64,000 bases of DNA from Takakia lepidozioides (lineage: Eukaryota > Plantae > Bryophyta). This document shows positions 17,950 through 30,096 of the stretch, piece after piece. The stretch covers positions 77,686,001 to 77,750,000 of the forward strand of contig CM060732.1 in NCBI GenBank assembly GCA_030704615.1, given 5' to 3'. Position numbers and translations under genes: made by a program. Under the pieces are notes generated by a model, which was not told where the DNA came from, did no database searches, and was given only the letters and a program-made list of their open reading frames with translations. The number at the start of each line of letters is the position of its first letter. The first letter of the stretch is position 1.

Positions 17950-18600
17950 CTTGGCCACCTTGGCCTTAGGCCGTACGTGGTTGTCCCAATCGATTGACCA
18001 CCGCCAAAGGTGGACGGTCATCATATCGCACCCTCTGTGGTTGCCTCCCTTGGTCCAAAATGCCCTCAACCGTGAGGTTGGGTGGCCGTTGAATGGAATC
18101 ATAGGCTCTCTTGAACAACTCTAGTGGTGCAAGATTGGTCCACCACAACCTAGGCCTATGTGCCGTGAACCCACTGCAGCTGCATCCAATAATACAGCTG
18201 GTCCAATCTAAGACCGCACCTGATGCACACTAGCCATAACCCTGGCCCGAGAATCCCCCATGAGAGGAACATTCTCCAGGATGTAAGTTAGAGGTTGCAC
18301 TTGCCTCACCTGCAAGTCACGCAACACTCGCAACATCTCCCAAAACAAATGCGACCTCGGCCCAAATCATCTGCCCCCAGCAAAGTAATGTCTGCTGGCA
18401 AGGCCTTTTGGTACCCTTGAATTGCTGAGAAATGCAGCAACTCAGGATACTGGTGTATGAGCAAAGCAACGTGGCGCATAGAAATGCGCCAAGCTCTCTC
18501 ATCATTCTCCTTATACAAGTATTTTTGTACTTTAATCCCAGTTTGCAATACTCCTACAAGCCCAGTGTTCATGCCTCCAAACAGGTCTAGCAAACAAATC
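17950..18600 (-). pseudogene. Degenerate C5-cytosine DNA methyltransferase domain of copy 1
   Basis: LLDLFGGMNTG (motif I), YILENVPL (VI), AHRPRLWWTNL (VIII); motif IV (PC) and motif X are absent relative to copy 2. Confidence 0.82.
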
Positions 18601-19032
18601 CTTGAATCAGGTGGTTGTCAGGTAATGGGCACTGTGTCCAAATGAACTAACTGAGGAGGTCCAGGTGATGTCACTGAACTCCCCTCACTCATCAATGGAA
18701 AGGCCTCCCGCCATGCTTGGTGCACATTCTCGCCTACTACTCGCTGCAAATTCCCAACCGTACCCCACAGTGGAATATGCACAGGCACATGAGGAAGCAA
18801 CTCGGCCTTGTATGCCAGTTGTTTGTCCTCATCAAATGGTGACCTATCATCTGCATGGCTATTGCCCTCCAAGAGCTCACCATCCCAAGCCACCACCCCT
18901 GAGAATGCAGCCAATTGGGCATCATGTTCTTATGATCCACCACTACATTCCCGTACTGGGAGCAGTGCACGTCGGCCATCTCTTGACTGCCACTCCGGCT
19001 TGTAGGATGTCGTTTCCTCCCAAAAGTCCAAA

Positions 19033-20234
19033 TACTACAGGAAAAGGGAGGGTTTTTCGACGCCGGGCCACGCCGCGGCGTCGTAAAGAAATTTGAATTT
19101 CAAAAACTTGTTGACCATTGACTCCGACGTTGACCATTGACTCCGGTTCTGTCTAATGGCGATATGTTCATTGTTCTACATATATCATGCAATGCATACT
19201 TGAACCTAAGACCTCCACGTTATAACATTTCTAAGACACTACAAACTAACCAACACACCTTTTTCGGGCAAGGGGGAAGAACTAAATTTGCGAAGTTCGG
19301 GCGTCGTAAAAAAAACGTCGCAAATTTGCGACCAACGGGGGTCGCAAATAGGCGAAACCGCAATTTGCGATGTCGTCACAATTTGCAACGCCCGAGCGTC
19401 GGAAATATTATATATTTAATTTTTTAATTTTTTTAATTTAAAAAAACATATTCTGCAATGCAGAATTAGCACCGTCCGGGGGTCGCAAAGTTCGACACCC
19501 GGACGTCACAATTTAAGGGGGTACATTTGAATTTAGGCGGGTACATCTATGTATCACAAAAACAATCTATATATATATATATATATATAAAGATTTCCTA
19601 CAAGTTCTTTCGAAGAGGGTCTCTCTTGTGACGTCAGGGAGTTGCAACCTCCACAGCCTTAGCGCCGCCCCAGCGTCGTCGCCGTTATTGCACGCACCCC
19701 CTACCGCCAGGCACCCCAAGTGACGTCCTTGTGATGACCTAAGCTGACCACAACACCATTGCGATCTCCTGTGGCGACGCCGTTACGACCCCCTAGCGTC
19801 GCAACGTTGGGCGTCCCAGCGCGGGGCGCCCCCAGCGACACTTTTGTGAAGTTGAGGCCGCAAAGCCCAAAAAAAAAAAAAAAAAAAAACTCCCACTGTG
19901 GTGATTCTGTTGCGACGCCTTGGCGTCGCAGAGGCGCTGGGACGCCCTTAGTGACGCTTTTGCGACGCTGAGACGTCGTAACGTCAAAAAAACATTAAAA
20001 ATAAATAAAAATAAAAAATTAGATTTCCGACGCCGAGGCGTCGCAAGAAAAAAAATCCGTTGCAGCGAGGGCCCTCTTTCCCCCTTCATACCACCTTACG
20101 ACGGCTGGGCGTCGTAATGCTGTCGCAGTGGGCGATGCAAAAAAGCGCCGCAGGCTTGGCATCGCAAGCTTAGTGCCGCACAGGGCGTAGGGACACGTTT
20201 GGCGTCGCAAACCCCCCCCCTATTTGCTGTAGTG
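19033..20234. mobile_element. Non-autonomous CACTA (En/Spm) element, ~1.2 kb, inserted in the protease region of copy 1
   Basis: TIRs (T)ACTACAG..AAAAGGG / ..TTTGCTGTAGTG; 3-bp TSD AAA; subterminal GCGACG/CGTCGC repeats; host reading frame resumes on both sides (YPMGF|LDFWEE). Confidence 0.88.
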
Positions 20235-20554
20235 AAAAAAAATCCCATGGGGTACAACACAGCCCCACCAACAAGCACATCATAAGACATCGCATCCGTA
20301 ACAATGGCTTTAGCTCTTATGACTGAGCCGTCCGTAGGATGATCCGGCTGCAATCGAATTAAGAGCTCATGGCGTGTAATCCCTCGCGTCTTCTCTGAAC
20401 CACCCAAATATGTTTGAATTTGGAAATGGGAAGGCTCCAAATCCGCCTTTGTAAGGCCCAAGCCTGCAATTGCTACTCTCCACAACATCAATGGCTGTGC
20501 TCCCGAGTCCAACAAGACCCGCAGTGGCCTATACCTCCTCTCGGTTGCAGCAGC

Positions 20555-21854
20555 CACCACTACGTTTGGGGGGGTTAGCGATGCCCCAGCGACCTTCAAC
20601 CGCCGCGATTAGTGACGAAAATACTCTACGGCGCCCGGGGCGCGATGGGGGCATTTAATTATGACGTCGGGAAGTCGCAGAGACGTTGCAGCGACGTCGC
20701 TCCCGGAACGTCGTTGGGAAATCCGGGACCCCCCGGCCACGGCGCCGGCGCGACTTGCGATGTCCAGGCATCGCAAAAAAAACAAAAAATAAAAATAAAA
20801 AATAAAAAAAATCTGCGACATCGCATTAGGGACGTCCGGGGGTCGTAAATGCGACCCCCAGACGTCACAGTAGGGGGGTACATTTGAATTTAGGTGGGAA
20901 AAAAATTTGAATTTGAATTTGAATTTTAAATTTCAAAAACTAGTTGACCATTGTCTCGGCGTTGACCATGGACTCCGGTTTTATCCAATGGCATTCGTGC
21001 ATTGTTCTACATATATTAGGCAATGCATATTTGAACCTAGGACCTCCACATTATAACATTTCTAAGACTGCATACTAAACCAACAAATCTACAATACATC
21101 TATGTATCACAAAAGCAGTCCAAGTATATATATATATATATATATCAAGAGTTAGATCCTAGTGACTACCACTATCTTAATCTTATCATTGTGTTGCAGA
21201 TTATGCGTACTCTACAGGAGCTCTCACAGCTGGAACTTGCACCGAGACTTGTCCCCAGAGTCTTCAAGAACAAATATATATCAATGGCCTAAGTTTTGCA
21301 AAGCTGCATTGCAACTTATTGTTAGACAATGGTTATAGTCTGAGGATGCCAAGCCCATTATGCTCTACAATCTATTCCCAGAATCAATTTTCCGCGACGG
21401 CCCCAGGACGCCGGGGAATCGCAGCGCCGCAGCCCAGCGACGGCCGGGCGCTCCTGCGATGGCGGGGAATCGCAAAAAAAAAAAAAAAAAAAAAAACGTT
21501 TTTTATTTTATTTTTATTTTTCGGGCTTTGCGATTCCCCGCCGTCGCAAAAACGTCGCTGGGCTGCGGCGCTGCGACGCCTCGTTGCAATTCCCCGGCAT
21601 CACAAATCCCGGGGGCATCGTAGCAAATTGTTGCGACGTCAGGGCGTCGCAACCCTCCCAATACGTTGGCGGGGGAATGGGGGTTGGGTCCCTTTCCGGC
21701 AACGGCATGGCATCGCAAGATGCCACAACGTCGTCCGAACGCCGGCATTGCGACGCCCCAACGTTGCAAGTCCCGAGCTGGGCGCCTGTGCGACGCTGCA
21801 GTCTCGGCGCGTCCGGGGTCCTGGCGTCGCTAACCCCCCCTAAACGTAGTAGTG
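20555..21854. mobile_element. Non-autonomous CACTA element, ~1.3 kb, related to the 19033-20234 element
   Basis: TIRs CAC(C)ACTACGTTTGGGGGGGTTAGCG / CGCTAACCCCCCCTAAACGTAGTAGTG; 3-bp TSD AGC; shares an internal block (~20920-21085 vs ~19090-19255). Confidence 0.9.
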
Positions 21855-24124
21855 AGCAGAGTCCAATATATGCAATGGCCCTGCAAGTGCGGCTTCACAC
21901 ATGAAGCCCATATCAATCTGGTCTTCCCTAGGCATATGAGGTTGTGTAGGTGGGGCTTGAACCTCAGGCCTTGGAGTTGGCGCAACATGAGTAGTGGCCA
22001 TGGCAGTAAGACGTTGCTCTAGCTGGGCAAGTCTATCCACCATGTCTTGGTCATGACCTTGACCCTGACCCTGTGCTCCTTGGTTTTGGTTACGACCTCC
22101 ACCTCCTCTACCTCTCTGAACTACATTGTCTCGTCCTCGGCCACCATTGTTCCCTTGGAACTGGCCTGGCCATAGCTCCGGATGCAAGTCATAACAATGG
22201 ACCTCCTCATGCCTATACTCTCCATAATGCCCACAGTGTAGTTGTGCAGGCTGTGCCCGTGCCGACCCTTTGCCTCTCTCCGGGCAATAATTCTTGACAT
22301 GGGGTCTTCTACAATCCCAACATGACACACTCGTCTGTTGCTGGCCTGAGAATGAAGGGAGAGACCTCTGAATCTAAGATCCTCTATGGCCTTCCCTAGG
22401 CTTTGTCTGAGCCTTTGTTGTCTTGAGCACATTCGGGGGTTGGTTGTTGTTGGCTAGGAACTCCACTTCGTTGTGTCTCCTTGCCAAATCGCACCATAAC
22501 CACCCGCTCCTCCACCATATTGAATTCTATCCGCTCTGCCAGCAAAAATACATTTGCTAAGGTGGGTTGGGCTACTTGTAGGAGAGTTGCATCCCGCACC
22601 CTTCTCATCAGCTCTTTGTCCAGGATCCCATACCAGAACTGGACTACCTAAGCTTCTGTAACCCCTTGGATTACGTTTATCAAGCGCCTCATGCAAGTGT
22701 AAGCCTCCCTCAAACTTTCAGTATGCCTTCGTTGGAACTCTTGCAAGCTCTGCAACTTCTCTGTCTTTATCCCTTGGTAGTTTCTCCTCAACTCCTCGAA
22801 GAACTCCACAACTGGGTTAAAGGCAGGCTCGGGTGTTGTGCTACAGCAGGAGCTTGAGTGGATTTCCCAGCTCCTGTACCACTTGTCCCACTACTAGTGC
22901 TTGTTGTTGGGGATGTTGGTGTAGCTGCTGTCGCCGCTGCCCTTGTGCCTCTAGTGATAGAGACATAGTTAGGTGACCAATACTCTCGTCACTCCTCAAT
23001 CTCCACCGCATGTCCCCGCCTAAATTCATGGTAATCATCCATGGGCGGCCCCTCAAGGTGCTGGAATAGCCCCTTCCACGCCATAAAGGGCATAAAACAA
23101 TTGTGGATTGCACATTTGTTGCAAATCACACCAACTGTCAAACTCATGTATGAAGTCATCAAGCTCGATGGTGCCCACAGCTCCAGAGTACCTACGTGGC
23201 CCCTTGGTCACTCCATACATCTCCTCCATCGTGTCCCACAACAATGACTTGCACCCTCGGCGAGAATCCTCCTGACTCCGAGTCTGAACCTTCCTCCGAA
23301 GACATTGAAGGTGAAGGTGGCCTAAACCACACACCTCGTCTTGTGTACCTACTAGTATCGCTGGTGCTCGTACCGGCACTTCCTTCAGCAACTAGTGGCA
23401 CCTCCGTGATGAAAACTCACAACCCAACCGGTTGTCAACCTATTTCTAATCCCCATTTTCCACAAAATAACCGGGTAGAGAACCTGTTGCGGCTAGTGGT
23501 TCAAGCAGGAATAATAGGTTTTTAACGTAGACCTGAACTTGCACGTGCATCCACCGCAAGAACTCATATGGTCTGCTGGTCATCAACCCAGCCTCACCAT
23601 AAGATAAACAATGATGGTCTGACTGGTCATCACCCTAGCCTCACCACCGACAACACGCTCTAGGATTGGCCGGTGATCAAATCCGGACCAACCTCCTATG
23701 AAAACAAGCGCCCACACAAAACTAACATGGCGCACAGTCAAACATGCAGGTGTGGAGGGGATCCAAACACAAGAAAATCAAGACAGCAACTCCCCTACAC
23801 CAAAAATACTCCACAGTGTCGCTCCCGCAATGACACCCCAGCCCAAACCCGGACTGACTCTTGTCTCCACCTACGGAAAGGTTTTGGCCTACAGAGAGGG
23901 TAAAAGACTACAAGGAAGAGAGACTAAAGCAACTCATAATCCCAGCATGCTCTCATCCCACTACCCTATTTCCACACTCTTTTGCTGGTCTCTCAAATAA
24001 CTCTCTAGGAGCCCTCAAGATGTCTCTCAAACAATCTCACTAAGGCTCCCAATCCTTGCACAATGGGACTCCAAAACAGCACACCAAGGCCCCAAGAGCC
24101 TGCCAAAACTTGGCCCTCGAGGAC

Positions 24125-24300
24125 CCCAAATAGTCTTCCAAAGAGCTCCAAACAATCCTCCAAATGGTCTTCCAAGGACTCTCAATAGTCCTCCAAATGG
24201 TCCTCCAAGGACCCCAAACAGTCCTCCAAAGACTCCCAATAGTCCTCCAAATGATACTCCAAGGGCCCTCAAATATCTTCCAAACAATCCTCCAAAGGCC
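24125..24300. repeat. Degenerate ~11-bp tandem array (CCTCCAAAnnn) in the leader of copy 1
   Basis: Recurrent CCTCCAAA/CTTCCAAG units. Confidence 0.8.
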
Positions 24301-24327
24301 CTTAAATTTCACTAGTCCTTTCAATGT

Positions 24328-24635
24328 TGATACCTTAATAGAGGTATAGTCTGAGGTTGCTAGAGTCCCTTATATTGATGATACCTCTACAGAGGTATAG
24401 TATAAGAATGAGGGTTCTGTTTGGTATACTAACAGAGGTATAGTCTGAGCTGATTAGGGTTCACATATGGTGATACCTCAATAGGGGTATAGTAAAAGGG
24501 ACAAGCTCCTGTTTGGTATACTAACAGAGGTATAGTCTGAACTGATTAGGGTTCACATATGGTGATACCTCAGTAGAGGTATAGTAAAATGGACAAGCTC
24601 CTATTTGGTATACTAACAGAGATATAGTCTGAGCA
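24328..24635. repeat. ~92-bp tandem repeat built from alternating ~43/49-bp subunits, each containing AGAGGTATAGT
   Basis: AGAGGTATAGT-like core at ~24340, 24391, 24434, 24483, 24525, 24575, 24618. Confidence 0.85.
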
Positions 24636-26574
24636 TACACTACTAGGGTTTGTAATGAAGAGCTAGAATGCAAGTCCTTGACTTCTATGCTTCTACTCAA
24701 GCAAAAATATGGTCTCTAGGTGGTCAAAAGAGGCATCTTCTTGCTTTCTTCCACCCCAATGTGCAACCAAGAGTGGTCCAACTCAACTTGCAATCATTGG
24801 CCACCAAATCAATCCCCCTTCTAGTCCTTGGGATTTGATTGCAAACTACCATATCTCCATTATCGAACAATCATGCATTTGTCTCCTTATCACTTGCCAA
24901 TTGTTCCAAATCAATACAAATTATCTTAATGTGTAGGAGCAATGTTTGTCACTTACAATATGCTCCCAAGCAATCCACCTTGGATCCCACTCTCACGCCA
25001 TATGCCTCCTTTGGGGTCTTGCACTAATCCATCATCCATGTGCTCCCCTTGGTCATTGAATGCATGTTCCATGACCTCTTGGCCTATGTGTTGCTCTCCT
25101 TCATTGTAACATGAATCAACACCTCTCCACTTCACACACAAATGGATCTCAAGGCCTTCACCTCTTGCTAGTTCAAGAGCTCCCCTTCTCAAACTTGAAC
25201 TTACAAACTCAAGAGAGCATGCTCCACACATGCACAATTTGCTTGCAGGTCAACTATCCACCACAAAGCTCACACTACCAAGAGCATGAATAGCCAAGTA
25301 TTGCCTCCCCCTCTTGTCACATTACATAGTGAGGGTGAAGCTATGCATACATTGAGTGATGATCTCCCTTCAAGGATTTCCCACCATATATTCTCTAAGC
25401 CCTTCCAATGGCGCCCTAAGCTTGGCTCCACACCACCATGATTGGAAGATTTCTTCACATGCTCCCTTTCAAAACCTCTTGAGCTTCTTAGTGCTCTCCA
25501 AGTGCTTGCCCTTGTTGTCTTCAAGCCCAAACATATGTAGCTCCTTGGCTTCTCTTCCACAACATCCACACTTTGAACTTGCTTAACCCTAGCTTGATAG
25601 TGAAATGAGCACTAACAAGCCTTTAGTGACTCTCCACAAGCCATGACACACACCATTGACTCCATACAAAGGATTCTCAAACCCTAAATCCATGCTTCCA
25701 CACACACAAGACTTCATCCTTGCAATCCTTGCAAAATCTTGTGACTCAAGAGCTTTCTTCTCAAGCTCTCCAACTCCTTGGTGCATGCAGCACCCGAGCA
25801 CCCTTCCTTGCAACCCCTTGCATTAAGCCTTGTGATACAAAAGCTAAATTCTCCTAACTCTCAACCTCTTTAACATACAAGTGCAAAACTAATCCTTACA
25901 CTCCACAGTATTCACAAGCATAAGGTGATCTTCTTGTAGTGATAAGAGATGAGAAATGAGCGAAGTGGAAGACAATGAAAGCTCTCAAAGCAATCGCTCT
26001 AAGAACAAGCCCTAGTCCTTCCAAGTGAAATCCACTCTATCACATAAACTAAGTCAAGCCAAGGGCACCTTTGCTAAGGGAATCCACCCTACAAAGCCCT
26101 CAACACACTCCCTCTCAATACCTAGAGCTATGGAAGTGAGAGATGCTCATGGAGGCTCAACTACAAGAAGATGAGCCCTCCTCAACACTCACAAGGGGAA
26201 AACCCCTTTCCCATGTCCCAAGTGAGGATTGATACCTCACTTGGCATATGAGACCAAATGAAGTCCCAACACACAAAATACAAATATAAATATCCAAAAT
26301 GTCCTAGTTAACTAGAAGTAGGTAATTCTAGTTAACCATGACTAAAACCATGACATATATGAAAGTATCTGCTCTTATGAAAGGGGGAACAGCTTACGTT
26401 GAAGTGATGTATATTAAAGAAGAAAACCATGCATGAGTGGAAGTCTTCGCAAATTTATTTGCAAGAATGAATGGTGACTATTGTAAATTGATCAACTTCT
26501 ATGAAAGGGGGCAAGGATCCTTTATATAACATGTGAGCTTTTTTGTGTCCAAAGTTTATGCAGAGAAAGACACT

Positions 26575-28236
26575 TATAAAGGGCCCAGGTTTGGAAGGGG
26601 GTGTGGGGATTGGAGAGTGGTCCAGGAATTTTCAATTAACTAGGGCCCACAGGGAACAGAAAAAACCTGTAAGGCTAAGAAGAGGGCCCGGAAAACTGCA
26701 CCCCATGCCAGGGACGTTAATACATGGATAGTGCGGCAGTGTGTCGTGCACCTAAGCATCGTGCCACAACATACATCGCTGTCCACCACACATTCTAAGC
26801 ATACAATCCTAGAAAGCTATGCCACAATAGATAAGAGATGAGAAATGAGCGAAGTGGAAGACAATGAAAGCTCTCAAACATGAAGCAATCACATTAAGAA
26901 CAAGCCCTAGTCCTTCCAAGTGAAATCCACTCTATCACATAAACTAAGTCAAGCCAAGGGCACCCTTGCTAAGGGAATCCACCCTACAAAGCCCTCAACA
27001 CACTCCCTCTCAATACCTAGAGCTATGGAGGTGAGAGAGGCTCGGCTCAACTACAAGAAGATGAGCCCTCCTCAACACTTACAAGGGGAAAACCCATTTC
27101 CCATGTCCCAAGTGAGGCTTAATACCTCACTTGGCATATGAAACCAAATGAAGTCCCAACACACAAAATACAAATATAAATATCCAAAATGTCCTAGTTA
27201 ACTAGAATTAGGTATTTCTAGTTAACCATGACTAAAACCATGACAAGTGGGATCAGCAACCGTACGCTTGGAGGAATGTACGTGGTGGAGGCAACCTTCT
27301 AGAAGGTCCCACCGCTCAGGGCTCGGTAGGCTTCTAGAAGGTCCCACCTATGAGGGTATATAAAAAGAGTCGGGGCTCTCTTCCCTGCGTCTTACTATTT
27401 GCTCACTTACTACTTACCAGTACCTAGGGGCTCTGCACAGACAGGGCCCCCCAAAAAAACGCAAACCATACATATTAAACTAATAGATGTAGTGGGTGTG
27501 ATGAATAAGGGCCGGGTTTGAAATGGGGTGTGGGGATTAGAGAGTGGTCCAGGAATTAACTGGGGCCCATAGAGAACGGGAAAAGTCTGTATTAAGGCTA
27601 AGAAGAGGGCTCGGAGAGGGCCCCAAAAATTGCACACCCCATGTCAAGGACATTAATACATGGATGGTGCGGCAGTGGGATCCAACAACCATAGGCTCTT
27701 GGAGAAGTGTACGTGGTGGAGACAACCTTCTAGAAGGGTACCGCCGCTGAGGCCTCGGCAGGCTTCTAGAAGGTCCCACCGCCCTGTGAGGGTATATAAA
27801 GAGAGTCGGGGACTCTCTTCCCCTCTCACTTACTACTTACTCACTTACTAGTTACTAGTACCTAGGGGGCTCTGCACACGCAGGGCCCCAAAAAAAAAAA
27901 AAAAAAACCATGACATAATAAATTAATAGAAGTAGAGCAAAGATGAATAAGGGGTCCAAATTCATCACACCCACTACATCTATTAATTTAATATGTCATG
28001 GTTTGCGTTTTTATTTGGGGCCCTGCCCGTGCAAAGCCCCCTGTAAGTAGTAAGTGAGCAAATAGTAAGACGCAGGGAAGAGAGCCCCGGCTTGCTTTAT
28101 ATACCCTCATAGGGCGATGGGACTTCTACAAGCCCGCCAAGCCCTGAGCGGTGGGACCCTTCTAGAAGGTTGCCACTGCCACGTACACTTCTCCAAGCCT
28201 ACGGCTCCTGGTCCCACTGCCGCACCATCCATGTAT
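26575..28236. repeat. ~450-bp repeat unit in two tandem direct copies (first interrupted by the mini-element) plus an inverted partial copy (27961-28236)
   Basis: AAGGGCC..GGGGGTGTGGGGATT..GTGGTCCAGGAATT at ~26580 and ~27507; GGGTATATAAA core; reverse-complement copy begins TTCATCACACCCACTACATC at 27961. Confidence 0.8.
26740..27245 (-). mobile_element. 506-bp non-autonomous mini-derivative of the DNMT retroelement family
   Basis: 26830-27245 is nearly identical to 25941-26355 (5' end of copy 1); 26740-26829 resembles the 3' terminus of copy 2 and ends ACACA; flanked by a 2-bp duplication AG, with an empty site GCGGC-AG-TGGGATC at ~27669-27682. Confidence 0.85.
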
Positions 28237-30096
28237 TTTTATTTATTTATTGAACAGGGGGATTGTAGCCCTGAAAATTTATTAATGAGGTAAGGAAAAA
28301 ATAACCTTACATAGGCCATGACGGCAAAGAGAGAGGTACCACTCCAAACCAACAGATCCAAGAGATAAGGGAGAAGAGGTGGAGTTGACTATTGAAGATG
28401 CTACAGGCTTCAAAACACTTCCCTAAAGAAGGTTAGAAAGTCAGGAGAGGGCTCCAAAGCTTGGAGCAGCAGAGCCAAAACACTACAAACTAGTGCTAGC
28501 CTGCAAGAATAAATAATGAAGCAGCCTAAGCCTTAAAGCTGAAGGAAGATCCGTAGAAAGAGAAGAAGAAAATGTGGCATAAAACCTCACTAATGCTAAG
28601 ATTATGAGCTCCCCCGTTTCCTCTTGGGAGCTTCAAATGACAACTGAGCCTTGGATTTCCCTTTTCAGAGAGAACTTCTCTTATGTCTCCAATTGATCTC
28701 TGAATCCTCCGCATCCACCGGTGAGATCTTATTGGCGACGGGGCTCCCAGCAGGAAGACAAGTCTTCATACCACACAATTCGAGATTCGTCAATTCTCAT
28801 GCAGAAGAACCCACCCTTGCCCCAAGAGTTGTCGAAGGCATTGAGGAGTTGAATCCTTCGCCTATTTCCACTATTTTCAATTGTTGCCACAAGAGTAAGC
28901 CAAGACTTCCGCGCTTTAGACTTCAAGTCTGAGTGAGCTAGGAATAAAACCTTCTGCAAACATGGAACTGCATTCTGAAAAACAACAGAACATCTGAACT
29001 TCCAAATATGCCAAAGAGCAATGCCTCTTAGAGATTCCCAGAAAGGGCAGGAACAAAACACTTTCCCATCCTTTATGTTGAGAAGAAGGGCAGATGTAGA
29101 ATAGTTAAGATTCATGTTCCAGAAGGAGTAAAGAATGGTAACATGGCTCCATACCACCACGGCGAAAGGGCAAGTGATGAGACAGTGCTGCAGAGTCTCT
29201 GGAGAATTCTAATTATAAGTAAGACGAGGAGGGGGTGGGTCAGAGAGATTGCTTCCTACAGGAAGGATCCTGTTAGCAACCCTCCAAAGAAAGGAAGAGA
29301 TTTTTGCAGATCTGTGTTTCTTCCAAGTATCCTTCCAAACCAGATGCCACGGGATGGAGTTCCCCAACAAATGATTCCATTTCTTTGACCATTTCCTGTC
29401 AAACGTTTGTTTAGGCATCAATAGAGAGTATCCCATCTTAATTGTGTAGGAAAAAAAATGATCATGTTTTTTGGTCATCCATAACCACTCGTCGGGATCG
29501 AATTGAAGAAATCTGACTGAGGCAGTGAGGAACCAGACAAGAGAATTGTCAAAATGCTGCAGGTCCATAGGAGGGGAAGGGTTCGATTTAATGGTGCAGA
29601 ACACTCTGATATTGTACCATTATTTAGAGATGGGAAGCTGGAATACTTGGGGGCAGGTTAGGAAGCCAGAATCATGCACTTTGAAGGTGATACCATCAAA
29701 GGATTCTTCATTCAAGGCTGTAACATACACAACTTTAGGACCAGACTCCGAGGGGAAACCCATCTATTTGGGAAGCGCAAACTGCTGACGGTTAGCAAGA
29801 AGGTGGGTCCATCTTTGAGGGAGGTTGCCCATGATTGTGTGCCATCCAGAGTTCACTCGTCTGGAAGAGAAACCAGTAGCTGCGATCTCTAGAGAAATAG
29901 CAGCGCCTGCTTCTATATCCCAAAAATGCAAAAGGTGAGACAGACCTGCTTGCTCCCAATATGACCACATTTTAGAACAAGGGATTAAGGCTTCCGAATC
30001 ACGATTGTAATTGCCAAAAAGCGGTAACCTTATGACCTCATCAAAGGTGGGAGACATCAATTGAACCAAGAACCCTCTCAGCTTGCACCATGCAGC
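28236..30096 (-). mobile_element. L1-type LINE, 3' part of ORF2 and (TAAA)n tail; continuation of 40352-44107
   Basis: AAWCKLRGFL..., SFLWRVANRILPVG, ETLQHCLITCPFAVVVW (zf-RVT/CCHC region), LWHIWKFRCSVVF; tail AATAAATAAATAAAAA at ~28251-28236. Confidence 0.85.

Larger units (their letters stand above)
16270..26355 (-). mobile_element. DNMT-bearing Ty3/gypsy-like retroelement, copy 1 (3'-truncated after RNase H, internally deleted, two CACTA insertions)
   Basis: 5' terminus TGTCA at 26355; leader homologous to 30097-32600; gag (DDFIHEFDSWCDLQQM ~23150), protease LLDSGA (~20510), DNMT motif I LDLFGG (~18590), RT YIDDIIIF (~17130), RNase H TDWS...DHQPLKWL (16830-16290). Confidence 0.9.

Noticed and set aside
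24027-24349. Repetitive ORFs (WRTIW/GGLFG/VLQM) on both strands
   Set aside because: Translations of the 11-bp tandem array
24328-24635. Regularly spaced AGAGGTATAGT motifs resembling a CRISPR array
   Set aside because: The intervening sequences repeat with a ~92-bp period instead of being unique, the context is eukaryotic and there are no cas genes; it is a tandem repeat
25941-27245. Direct repeats 25941-26355 and 26830-27245 as the LTR pair of a TRIM
   Set aside because: The left boundaries lack TG/CA ends, the repeats are the 5' ends of two separate family members, and the second has its own 2-bp TSD
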